A stretch of 44,404 bases of DNA, taken from assembly GCF_000150275.1 (NCBI RefSeq), contig NW_002060951.1:2339919-2384322 (forward strand), given 5' to 3'. The notes beneath the pieces were generated by a model that had not been told where the DNA came from, did not search any database, and was given only the letters and a program-made list of their open reading frames with translations. Shown here in pieces: positions 28,923-39,940 of this stretch. Position 1 is the first letter of the stretch, and each line of letters begins with the position of its first letter. Origin of the DNA: Trichoplax adhaerens (taxonomy: Eukaryota; Animalia; Placozoa). A program made the translations under genes and the position numbers.

Positions 28923-30967
28923 ATAAAAAAACTTTTACGTTAATTCAAATAGTTGAACTACCAAACTAATTATTCCTCCATTACTCAGTAAGGATAATCA
29001 GGACACAGTCAAGAATATAGTAACGGCTACTAGGGCCAAGATTAAACTTGTAACCAGTATAAACTTAGCTATCGAATGTTATGTGGTTTGTGTTGTATTT
29101 ACTGTTACTAGTCAACTTTAGTGAATTGCTAGTGAACGAGTCAATATGTACTGTAATTACGGTATTAAGTTAATATCATTGTTTTAAGCCCTGCAGCTAC
29201 TGTGCTGTATGCAGTTTATCTGCACTAATTCCTAGACGTTACAGGTCTGTCATACATACAGCTGTAGCAATGATGACCATACTGTACAGTACAGTACCGC
29301 TCTGGCAGTCTCCAAAGTCCAAATACCATACCGACAATATATTTTAAAAGTAGTGAAAAATAAGTTATTGATAAATATTAAACGAAACTTCCGTCGCTGA
29401 TTATATTCAGACCAGATATGTAACCTAAGATTAATAATTTATTGCATAACCACAAAATTAATATCATCACTGGTAGATAATTACGTATGTTAATTTTGTT
29501 AATAATATTAATTTGATTGAAATTGACAATGGTTAAATAACAACCAGCCTAACTAGGAACTTAGTTTAAAATAGAGACCTTGGATTAGTTTTTATTTTAA
29601 CTAATCATCACTTCAACAGCTACAATATGTAAAAATAGATTTTTGAGAGAGATTCAATTTTACTTTAAAACGTGTAGGATCGCAAATTGCCAACACTCGT
29701 CGATGCTGCATTGATGCATTAAAAAATATGTCCATAGAACAATGGATTTTCATTGTTTATCTTTAAGACCGGAAATTAACACGACAGAAAGTAAAATTAC
29801 AAAGATAATTGAGATATATCACAAAATTTTACAATCAAACCTCTTACAAAACCCTTTAAAAAAATAAGAAAATGTTTAAAGTTCTCGAATCTTTGAACAT
29901 GTGCAAACTTATACTTCTTATAGCTGATAATCTTTGCTCTTGAGATAGTTGATAAATTAATTGGTAACCTATAAAATATTATATTAACTTCGAAATCATC
30001 AATAGCGTCAAATACGCAGGTACTGTCAACTTAATCTAAAATCTCAGTCATTATTTAATTATATACTAACACTGAATATACTCTATTTCTGTTGTGCTAC
30101 GAATTCTCACTTCTTTATGGTATCGCGATTGGCATATCATAATATGCCCTAGCCATAGCTCACTAAAACTTTATACTCCAATATTATTAAACTGGTAAGC
30201 GAAGAGATACAACTGCTTTAGAGCCAGAAATTTGAGCAATCTCCTAGATTCTGCACTGTATGTGATTAATCTTCAACAGTCAGTTAAAATATGGGTTGTT
30301 ATAATTATTATTCCTAAAATATTTTCATTCTTTATTAACAAAACTGATTACAGCTTGGTTGTAAATCATCAGTTATTATAATTATAATCATAGGCCTGTT
30401 GCGATATCTGGTCAGTACAGTACTCTAGACAGACATTTTAATAATATTGTGCTGTTGGTGTTGGTACTGTACTTGTTTAGACGGGGTAACAATAATTCTG
30501 ACACATTGAAATGTTGCAGTGAGCTCAGACAGACAATGAGCAAATGTAAATAAATATAATAAGCGACAGTCAAATAATGTAAAGCAAAAGGTACAGTACA
30601 AATAAACAGCAGTACGCGAAGTATACAAAATACTTGCTTTTTGAAACATACTAGCTAAACATCCTGTCGCTTCGCCGACAGAGATATAGGCAGCTAAATG
30701 ATTATAATGCAAAATTGCAGTACCACGCAAAGTTCAAAGAAACATTTTATTACTGCTGAAATACAAATGCGAGACTGTACTATACAGTATACAGTACTCA
30801 CAGTATATATTCTAAATGCAGCACAGTTACTAACTATAATTAATATAATCCATCTAGTCCTATATTAAACCGTGAACAGGAGTAACTGTGACACTAACAA
30901 GAAATGAGAGACCATATCAGATCTAAAGAGACGGATAGCGCAAACTTTAAATTCCGATTCATTTTCT

Positions 30968-31385
30968 GTCACTGACCGTACATACTGTACAGTACAGTAT
31001 GTACTAGCATACTGTACTGTACTGTACAGTACATTACAGCGTAAACATGGCTGAAACAACACCTTATTTTCTGTTTACGGTACTGAATAAGGTGGTGATC
31101 CTTACTACTGTACTGTACTGTACACTGTACACTGTACAGTACAGTACTGTAAAAGAAAATTACTGCCTGTACTGTACTGTACAGTACTGTAGTCTACAAT
31201 ACTGTACAGTACAGTACTACATGGTTACAGTACTGTATACTGTAGAGGTTTTTTTCTTACCTCTAGGCTAGCCCATAATGCAGTATACAGTACTGTACTG
31301 TACACTGTACAGTACACTAATTTTGAATACTGTACAGTACTGTACAGTACAGTACAGTACATTACACTGAGTTTAGTACTGTAGA
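30968..31385. repeat. Largest GTAC-palindrome microsatellite tract (about 0.4 kb, interrupted at 31040-31110), 250 bp upstream of the Tudor/PHD/MYND gene start
   Basis: ccgtacatactgtacagtacagtatgtactagcatactgtactgtactgtacagtac...actgtacagtactgtacagtacagtacagtacattacactg. It generates the spurious ORFs 30865..31062 (-) and 31047..31271 (+). Smaller tracts lie at 30410-30470 and 30770-30800. Confidence 0.9.
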
Positions 31386-31634
31386 GCGAATGCGCATCGC
31401 ATTTTATTCCTTATTTAACTCGACACTATCACTATTATCAGTGGTCCTGTCCATCAAGAACATTAAATATCAGTAAAACAGTCATCAGACTCAGCATCAG
31501 CTATCAACTAATCGCTAATATCTATATTTTATCTAATTGTGAACATTATATCTCAAGAGCTTTACTAAAACAGGACGAAGACCTTTTAGCATCGCGCCAT
31601 ATTTCAGGTTTTGTTAACACCGTAGTAAGATGAT

Positions 31635-31806
31635 ATGAACCTCAACAAGAAATTTCCACATGCTATCAATGATGTTATTATCGTCAAATGCCAGAACAAT
31701 TACTATTATGCGAAAATAAAAAGCATCGACAAACGACGTCGCAAGTGTAAGGTCTTATTTGATGACAAGTCTACAGATGATCTACCCTTTAGTGATATCT
31801 ACAGCG
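31635..31806 (+). CDS. Tudor/PHD/MYND gene exon 1 (Tudor-like)
   Basis: ATG 31635; donor agc g|gtaagt. Confidence 0.65.
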
Positions 31807-34800
31807 GTAAGTTCTTCATTTAACTGCAATATTGCCTCATATTATATGTGCTCACTCACTTCATCGCCGACTCCAAATAATTTGTTATAAAAGTTACCAC
31901 TAAATCCAATGTTCTCAGAAATTGTGTCTCTTTTTACTCGAGAATATTTTGCAGCGTCGCATGTAGAAAGTACCTTAGCACTGTATTACATTTCAAATTG
32001 AGATTATTTTCTATTAATGGTGGATCATTATAAAGCATCTCTTGAATGGTGTGATATTGCTCTACTGTACTATTATGTGCAATATTTTCAATGTAATTCC
32101 ATCGATTGGTGACATACAGTATTACTTTACGTTAGCAGTGAGTGGATACCAATAATTACAGTACTGTACAGCTGCAAGTCTAGTCTTTACTCTCTATTGT
32201 CTTTGTCATTTCTATCAGTATCTTTCGAGTTTACAATATATAATTAGACATACGCATTCTGTAATACCGTTAGTATCTCATTTTCCTTTTCTACTGTATG
32301 CTTTTCAACATGTAATGAATACCGAATAAGTGTGTATAATACTGGTAGAGTAACAGTAAATATAGGATATGTCGTTTTTACCAATGTTCATGAAACTACT
32401 TCGAATCAGACAATTAGACATTTATTTTATTTAATTTTACTATACAGATTGTGAGTACATAAAACCACCTTTGTAAAAAAGAGTGTCGTACGGTACTGCA
32501 CGGCTCCATACTGATACTGTACAATCTTTTACAGTACTTCAGTGGACATGCTGCACAGTGCACAGGTATACTGTATACTGTACTGTACGTTCAGTACAGT
32601 ACAGGTCATCGATAGCCTTTGTGCTCGCATTGATTCAAAGAGAAAGAGTTGTTCAATGTTCACTGTACACACCGTACGTACTGTACGGTACTATACGGTT
32701 TTGTTCTGTAGATGTGTGGCTGTATTATAAGAGTAGATGCGTTATATGCATTACCTAGTATAACTACAGCCTTTAGCCTTGAGTGCAGCACATCTTTTTT
32801 GTCTTTGCACTATTGCTTGCTAAACAATAGACGTAAAATGCAGCGTGCTTGTAGACTTGGCTAATTTTATTTCTTTATTTATTAAAAAGTAAAAAAAGTA
32901 TATACCATAAATATATAATATATACCTGAAATTATTCTATGAAGTTGAAGATCTTAAAAGCGTTTGTGTGCTATCACATTACTCAGCTTGGAAGAACTGC
33001 CAAGTTGATAACTTACAGTAGTGTAGAAAATACAGTACAGTACTGTACTGTACAGTATATTAATTGTGCAAAGTGTACAGTACAGTACACCATACAGTAC
33101 AGTACTGTGCACTGTACAGTACAGTATTCCTTCTCGGTTACTTCTGGACGACCGTCTACAGTACTGTACATTTTATTGATATACTGTATTTTGGATTTTA
33201 CTGTAACGTAAAGCTAGCTCATAGTGATAGTGTGAATTGTATCTGTTCCAGTATCAATCAGCACCGCTTAATAACAAACTAACGTTAGTATCAGTAATAA
33301 AATAACGCATCACACACATCAACTTCTTTATCCTTGACTGCCGGAGTTGTGAGCTTGCGAGTGACTGATTCCATCATCCATTGTACTATTAGGAATAAAT
33401 ATTACTATTAACTGAATGCGATGTACAGTATTACAATGAATCCACTTAGCATCGGTGTTCATTCATTAAAGCTAGAATTTTTAGAAGGGCAATTAACTCC
33501 AATTTTTGCCGTTACTTCTATAAATTTTTAATGTTGGGGCTGTTGTTGTTCGGATTTTCTATTTACTCAAGTTGGCGATACCACTACGGAAATCGTCTGC
33601 ATCGTTTGTAAGAGTGGCTCTTCTGAATCACCTAACGAGATTGTCTTATGTGATCGATGCAGTATTGGTAAGTAATAATGATTAATTAAAATTTTAGTGC
33701 TATATTCTATTGAAGTCTTCATGCATGCAGCGCAAAAGAGTTTGAAATCATTACATGTTTAAACGTTTAATAAACAAGAAAGTATCAATTAATCCTATGG
33801 CAATCAATTTTAGCCTATTACAACGTCAATGTAAAAGTATTTACTGTTAGTGTAGTCAAAAATTTCATTAATCTTAATTAATTAAGTAACAGTACTGGTG
33901 CTGATGGGAATACGTACATGCGCGTATATTATGGTATCACATTATAAAATTATACTGCATGATATCTTTTATAAGTTCTAGCGTAAGGTGGTATCAGAAT
34001 TAGTACAGTACATTAGTTAGTTACCTGTTGCATACAGGTAATAATTTTTTTATTTACCATCAATACGTAAAGTCGTAGACTTTGTTCTAATAAATAAAAT
34101 CTAATAGATAAAAACATTAATTTAAATTTTTAAATACAGTATAGCTGAGTGATTGAGTTGTAGTGGATGATATGTCACAGATGACATTACGACAATTTGG
34201 TCATTTTTTCTATTTAGGATATCATCAACAGTGCCATTCACCACAGATACCAGAATCGGTTTTGAAGCCGGACGTTCCGTGGTTATGCCATTATTGTCAG
34301 TCGAGTGAAATTTGCCCATATTTTGTAAAAAATCCTTTTACTGACGATAAAGGAGGAAATTTTAATAATAAGGTAACGTATCATATATGCATCGATGTTA
34401 TATTCAATAATTAACCTCAAGATAACGCACATTACTGTAGGTAAATTAAAATTACAGTATAAGTACAAAATTATCCTATATTTCACTTATAATTAGCGAG
34501 CGACGGGATTTATATGATATTTTTGTAACAATCAGAAAAAGCCAATAGATAAAAAGCTACGAAAGAATCCATTTCCAGATCCTACTTTAACCTCACCTAA
34601 AGATGCTGTGATTGACCCGAAGAAAAGCGCTACTAAGAATACAAGAGTGTCCATACGAAAAACCATTAGTAAACGGAAGCGTAAGTGTATATAAATATTG
34701 TCTACTTGCTGCGTATGTATTTAAGGGCATATTGGTTATCGTACAGTATACAACTATATATAATAGTTAACGTTGTATAAATGCACCGTATTAAATCAGG

Positions 34801-37796
34801 ACTTCTTCGGAAATATAGTTCTTATCAATTTTTCTAAATTGTCTTTATTCGATTGGCAAACTCTGTATAGGAGATCTAGACACGGATGAATCTGAACAAG
34901 AGACTGCTGAAGATGAAGACGAAGAGGAAGATGGAGATGTTGATTATCAAGATACATTCCGAAAGAGAAGGCGAGCTGCAGTAGTAGCCAGGAAACGTGT
35001 CCAAAAATACATGAATGAAACTGGAGTCGCTAGCGATACTGATACTGAGAATGCAAATGCCAGCAAGAAAAACAACGATGCCGATTTTAATATAAATTCT
35101 GTTAATACACACGGTAGTGTAGGGATAGGACTATTAACCGAGAATAGGATTTCAAGTAGTTTTCCTATGGCATCATCTGGCGGTTTTGGAACTTCTCCAA
35201 ATCTTAGCTTAAATAATAACTATAGTATGAGCGGAGTACGAATTCAATCTCCTGTTATGATGCCTCAAATGAATAGCATGATAAGCGATCATGCCATACA
35301 TAATAATCCGAATCAAATATTTAATATGGCTAATGGCCTTATGAAATCGCCTCCTGTTCATTCACCAACTTTAGGAACTTTAACCTCACCCATGGGTAAT
35401 GATATGCAGACATCACCTACCTTTGTTAATGAAAGCTTTCAGTCATGCAGTAATGTAAACCAACCATCGTACTATCAGCCTCAGCCGCAAGCGATTAACA
35501 ATATAGATTATCAATCACAGCCTTTATCTGGTTACAATTCATCTGCCCAAAATTTTACAAATCCATCGCATATGCAACTATCACCTCAGATGACCCCACA
35601 GTACCCAAATCCTTCACACGTTTATTCTCAACATCATTCTCATCACGTGCCTTCAATGATTCATAGTCAAGACCCTCATTATCAACATTTTCCTAACTTT
35701 CACAATATGCCATCACAAGAAGTAGCTCCGTATGGTGTCTCTCAGTATAATCAGTACCATTGGTTAGGTCATCCACAGCAGCCCCAGACAATACAGCACA
35801 TGCCATCATCTCAGTATGCGGTGTCACCGATACAATCCGTAAGCGGCAGTCTTGGTATGACTGGACCTGCCAATCAGCAGTTCTCTATAGGACAGCCTGA
35901 ACAAGCACCATCACAAAAATTGTCGCATAGTACTGACCACCAATTATCAACGAATAACCTACCTAATGTTACAAATTTTAATGCAAGCAATTCTTTTGCA
36001 ATTTGCAATGAAACAAAAGATAACATAGATAAATTGAACACTAAGGAAGTACTGTCAATATCAACTGAAGCCAGTATTTTAGACGTTGCCACCAAGACGC
36101 CGACTATACGAGGTCAAAGTAAGAAATCAGATACTGATAGTAGTATTGAAAAGGAAACAGTTACCAAGGTTACTACAGGAGAACAGTTTGAAACAGCCGA
36201 AACTTTAAAATCTCAAGTTAAAGCATATGATATCCCAAAAAATAAACAGAATGATAACCATAACTCAGTTGAATTTCACCATCTACAAGAATCAAATTCA
36301 GTGAGATATAGAGAAGAACGCGATAAAGATGTATCACACTTAAATACCGAAATATTTCAGAAGCAGACATCTGGGAACTTATCTAACGCTACTGAAGGTA
36401 TTTAAATGGGAGTATTTTTATTGTATTTCTGATGTAGTTTTCACTGGATAATTTACACTTATATTGGTTTGGTGTTTAGCAAAATCCATTAAGAATTTCT
36501 TTTTCTAAATTGGATTATAATCTTAAAGGTAATAGAAACTCTGTCATTAAGGAATCATCGGACAACCCTATTAGCAATCCGAATCAGACTGACAAAACGT
36601 CGGTAAGAAATCTTGCGTTGATAAATTATTCGGCTTCGAACATTAGAACACAACCTGGCCTTCCGATATGGCATTGATATCTTAGCTTATTAAAACTACC
36701 TATAATTTATTCATCTGTGTTTGTGAATAAACTTACTAGCTTCGTTAATTAAGATGCATTTAAGACTCGTAAACATAAATAAATTTTTGCAGTTCTATTG
36801 CTGTAATATGATTTCTTAGTTCATAGAAAATAGAAGGATTCTTCATCTACATAAAGACCTTTCATCATAAAATCTAAACTAGACTGATCAAAGCTGATAA
36901 AGTATCCTTTTTACATCTCATGTAATTGCAGATTAATCTGGAAGAAAATCAAATATGTCCGAAAACCAAAGTGAAGAAAGATGGGAAAGACGATTCATTT
37001 AAGTCCGATGATGGCATTAGTAAGAACGAAAAATCTAAAAACGAAAGCAATGCCGATGAAATTAAATCTAAAATAGAAGCGGACGCTTCCTCTAAAAGAA
37101 ATAAAATGAACGACACAGCAAATTCTAGTGATAAGTCAGCAACAAATGAACCTAATCAACAAATTTGTGATTCCACGAAAGATTCTAAAGATGGCTTAAA
37201 GCATGCCAAAGAACAGCGAAACCTGGAAGAAGTAGATAATAAGTCAAACAATTACGATAAGGATATTCATAGAGGTAATAGCAGAAAATTTTTATAAAGC
37301 TTATAAGATGTATGGTATAATACTTGTAAAAGGTGTAGATATACACGTAGATGTTATACGTTGGTAGATACGAAATAATAACCTATTATACTAGTACTAT
37401 CAATACTTAATTTAAAAATCTGGCAAAGTGAAATTCAGAAGGAGTAGGTAGTGCGGCCTTAATATATGAAAATACGGATAGTACGTATTATTTTTTGAAA
37501 TATCTGATAGGTGTAAGACATACTGTAAATATGGTTAGTGTGGTACATTAATAACAGGTCGTATATTGACAGATCCTGAAACTAATGCTCGTGGTGCATT
37601 GGATAACATAAAGTCTACTCCTTGTAGTGGTGACACTGTACGACCCCTTAATGTAGATGTAGAGCCCCATCGTATGTGTGATAATTGTAATCAACCCGCC
37701 TTCTTTCTCTGTTCCGGCTGTAAAACCACATGGTATTGCAGTCAACGGTGCCAGGCGAGTAAATTCAATAATTCTTTCGCAAATCATCTAGCCTAA
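31635..37796 (+). CDS. Tudor-like + PHD finger + MYND zinc-finger protein with a very long Q/N/S/P-rich region (chromatin-reader-like; domain order is reminiscent of ZMYND8/ZMYND11-class proteins, but no bromodomain or PWWP is recognisable). Gene span; 8 coding exons, about 916 aa.
   Basis: Exons 31635-31806 (MNLNKKFPHAINDVIIVKCQNNYYYAKIKSIDKRRRKCKVLFDDKSTDDLPFSDIYS: Tudor/Agenet-like pattern), 33572-33667 and 34218-34372 (PHD C4HC3: CIVCKSGSSESPNEIVLCDRCSIG|YHQQCHSPQIPESVLKPDVPWLCHYCQ), 34536-34680 (basic KKPIDKKLRK...RKTISKRKR), 34871-36397 (acidic then 1.4-kb Q/N/S-rich; contains track ORF 35011..36405), 36529-36602, 36932-37274 (K/D/S/E-rich), 37558-37796 (MYND: CDNCNQPAFFLCSGCKTTWYCSQRCQ). 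All GT-AG with consistent phases; total 2751 nt (917 codons). Confidence 0.7.
32488..33208. repeat. GTAC-palindrome microsatellite tracts in intron 1 of the Tudor/PHD/MYND gene (32488-32712, 33015-33208)
   Basis: cggtactgcacgg...tactgtatactgtactgtacgttcagtacagtacagg...; aatacagtacagtactgtactgtacagtatat...ccatacagtacagtactgtgcactgtacagtacagtattcc. They give the spurious ORFs 32483..32758, 32542..32730, 32939..33211 and 33064..33282. Confidence 0.85.
33572..33667 (+). CDS. Tudor/PHD/MYND gene exon 2 (PHD N-half)
   Basis: ctcaag|tt ggc...att g|gtaagt. Confidence 0.7.
34218..34372 (+). CDS. Tudor/PHD/MYND gene exon 3 (PHD C-half)
   Basis: tatttag|ga tat cat...aat aag|gtaacg. Confidence 0.75.
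34536..34680 (+). CDS. Tudor/PHD/MYND gene exon 4 (basic region)
   Basis: caatcag|aaa aag...aag c|gtaagt. Confidence 0.7.
34871..36397 (+). CDS. Tudor/PHD/MYND gene exon 5 (acidic stretch + 1.4-kb Q/N/S/P-rich low-complexity region)
   Basis: tgtatag|ga gat...act gaa g|gtattt. If this donor is not used the ORF ends at taa 36403-36405 instead. Confidence 0.7.
36529..36602 (+). CDS. Tudor/PHD/MYND gene exon 6 (small; boundaries least certain)
   Basis: ttaaag|gt aat aga...acg tcg|gtaaga; phase-compatible with its neighbours. Confidence 0.45.
36932..37274 (+). CDS. Tudor/PHD/MYND gene exon 7 (K/D/S/E-rich)
   Basis: attgcag|att aat...aga g|gtaata; track ORF 36926..37297. Confidence 0.65.
37558..37796 (+). 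CDS. Tudor/PHD/MYND gene exon 8 (MYND zinc finger, stop taa 37794-37796)
   Basis: ataacag|gt cgt...C-x2-C-x7-C-x2-C...WYCSQRCQ; track ORF 37566..37796. Confidence 0.75.
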
Positions 37797-39764
37797 GCGC
37801 AAGTTAAATTCTTGAATCTATTGTATGTTAGCGCACATGTGTAATTAACTTTACGTACGCATCAGCATTTCTCTACTACCTGGTAATGCTTTATAGTAGC
37901 TATAATAATGCTTATGAGGTAATATTATGCCTTCTTTTAGCATAAAATACATGAAGTAAAAATATCTTATTTTTCCGATCATATTTCTACGTTTTTCTTA
38001 ATTACTAAGATTCAGTCTATAAATATCTATTACAATAGTCTTACAGTCGATTTCCTGATAGATTCTTTTTATATTATTTTAGGAGAAAGTATGGAATGAC
38101 CATCACTTAAAATGTAAGAGAATACCGTGGCATTTGACATAGTTCATATGTTCTCCATATCGACATGGTTAAACAATAATTGCGAACCTCTGAAATATAT
38201 TCGTTGACTTCGATAGAAATAATGTATTTCCTTATTATACTGTATTTATTTTAAGTGTTAAGCTGTATTATTATTATTTATATTACAGTACGGCTAAAAC
38301 GTCGGTGCTTCACCTTGTAATAAATAAATTGTGGCACTCGTAGAAGTAATGTAATACCACAAATGAATGTAAGAATTTTTTATTACAGTCAGCTACTTCT
38401 AGTTATGACTAAGACAACTGTATCGTAACTTGATTAACTACGGCTATAATCTCATTTATATTCTGTTACCAGTCCTCTAGAACGGTTTAAAGATAATGAT
38501 TCTTGAATCGATCTATTGACAGCAATTTCTTATATATTGGCGATTGTTATTGTTAGTTGCGATTACAATCTGCACCAATGCGTATATAATGTAAATGTAT
38601 TGTAATCCCTTGGTATACGTCATTGTTTTATGGGACGGGACTCTCTTAGATATATTCTTCGCAGTCAATAATATAAGTGGAATATCCACTTACACGTATG
38701 ATGTTAGGGTTAACATTTTAAAAGTATACTGTTAACAGGACTTGAGAATTAGAATATGATCATTTGGACACGAGTAATATCCAAACTATTCAGTACTAAC
38801 ATGGTCGTTATTTATTCTTGATCAAATCAAATGGCCGCTCTTTGACAAATGATTACATCACTAATTTTTTACATTTTATGCATTTTCACTGGTAACTATG
38901 AATATAGGGTCTATAAATTTCTTCCGTATCTCGTATAAAATTTCGTACATTTTTTCTTTTAATTTGCACAGAACTACGGAAGTACTCTGCAACGAATAGC
39001 TGTTGATTTATACTGTACTGTACGTATTATCATTTAGTATATTTGCTTAATTAATAACAGTTAAAAGTTATTATAGTTAATGATATTATTAGCTTGTAAA
39101 TGTATATGATGCCAGATAGCTCAGTTACTGACAATCATTAATTTTAATTATTGACTCGTACCTAGAATTACTTTTGAAATCGTATAATTCCTTTAAATCT
39201 GTTCAGTTTATTATACTGTAACTGATGTGATTACTTCGAATATTAACACTAAGTTGTGTTTGGTCTAAGATAATGCCGATGTCTTGTTACTATCCAGACC
39301 AATTATGTTCATAAATAAATGAATAATTTATAAGTATGGCTTACAGACAGTAGTTATTTTATATTATATACGAGAAAATAACGATTACAATTGAATGTAT
39401 CATTGACATTAATACAAACATTCGTCTAATAAATAATACGGTAACTACATGTTAAATGATATGTAATCGTTCACGTTGGCTGTGATATTGAAAACCTAGG
39501 TTCGATTTTGTAGTAATTAAAAACTTAAAAACATTTTCTAACAAGACGATCCACTCTATAGTAATACTAGTATACAGTATAGAGTAGGTCATGTGTAAAA
39601 TTTATCAATCGGTGCACTGCTAGTAGAAATGTAGTACCGTTGATAATGCCATCCTATCCTCGTTGCCTTATTAACTACTAGTTACTGTAGATCCCTCGCT
39701 CGTGTACTCCTGAGCTTGAGCACGAAACTACGAGTACCGTTATATTCGTTGTTACCAGGTATCT

Positions 39765-39940
39765 TGTACAGTACGTTCTGTACAGTATACTGTACTGTAC
39801 TGTAACTGTAAGAACTAAAAAGGACTGTACCGTACAGTACAGTCCAGTACGTACTACTGCTACAGCCTGTAGATCTGATACGGTAACTACTCGAGTAAAA
39901 GAAAGAAAAACACCAACATTGCTACAGTACAGCACCAGTT
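39765..39940. repeat. GTAC-palindrome microsatellite tract upstream of a candidate gene start at 39963
   Basis: tcttgtacagtacgttctgtacagtatactgtactgtactgtaactgtaag...ggactgtaccgtacagtacagtccagtacgtactactgctacag; spurious ORF 39678..39953 (-). Confidence 0.85.

Noticed and set aside
35874-36095. 73-aa minus-strand ORF inside the Q/N-rich exon
   Set aside because: Antisense of a low-complexity coding exon. Such regions often stay open on the opposite strand.
37548-37787. 79-aa minus-strand ORF overlapping the MYND exon
   Set aside because: Antisense of a supported coding exon. No family resemblance.
39110-39160. tRNA-like start (gccagatagctcagtt...)
   Set aside because: Only the first about 15 nt resemble a tRNA acceptor/D-arm. 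There is no anticodon or T-arm, no GTTCGAATCC-type box B, and no cloverleaf can be drawn.
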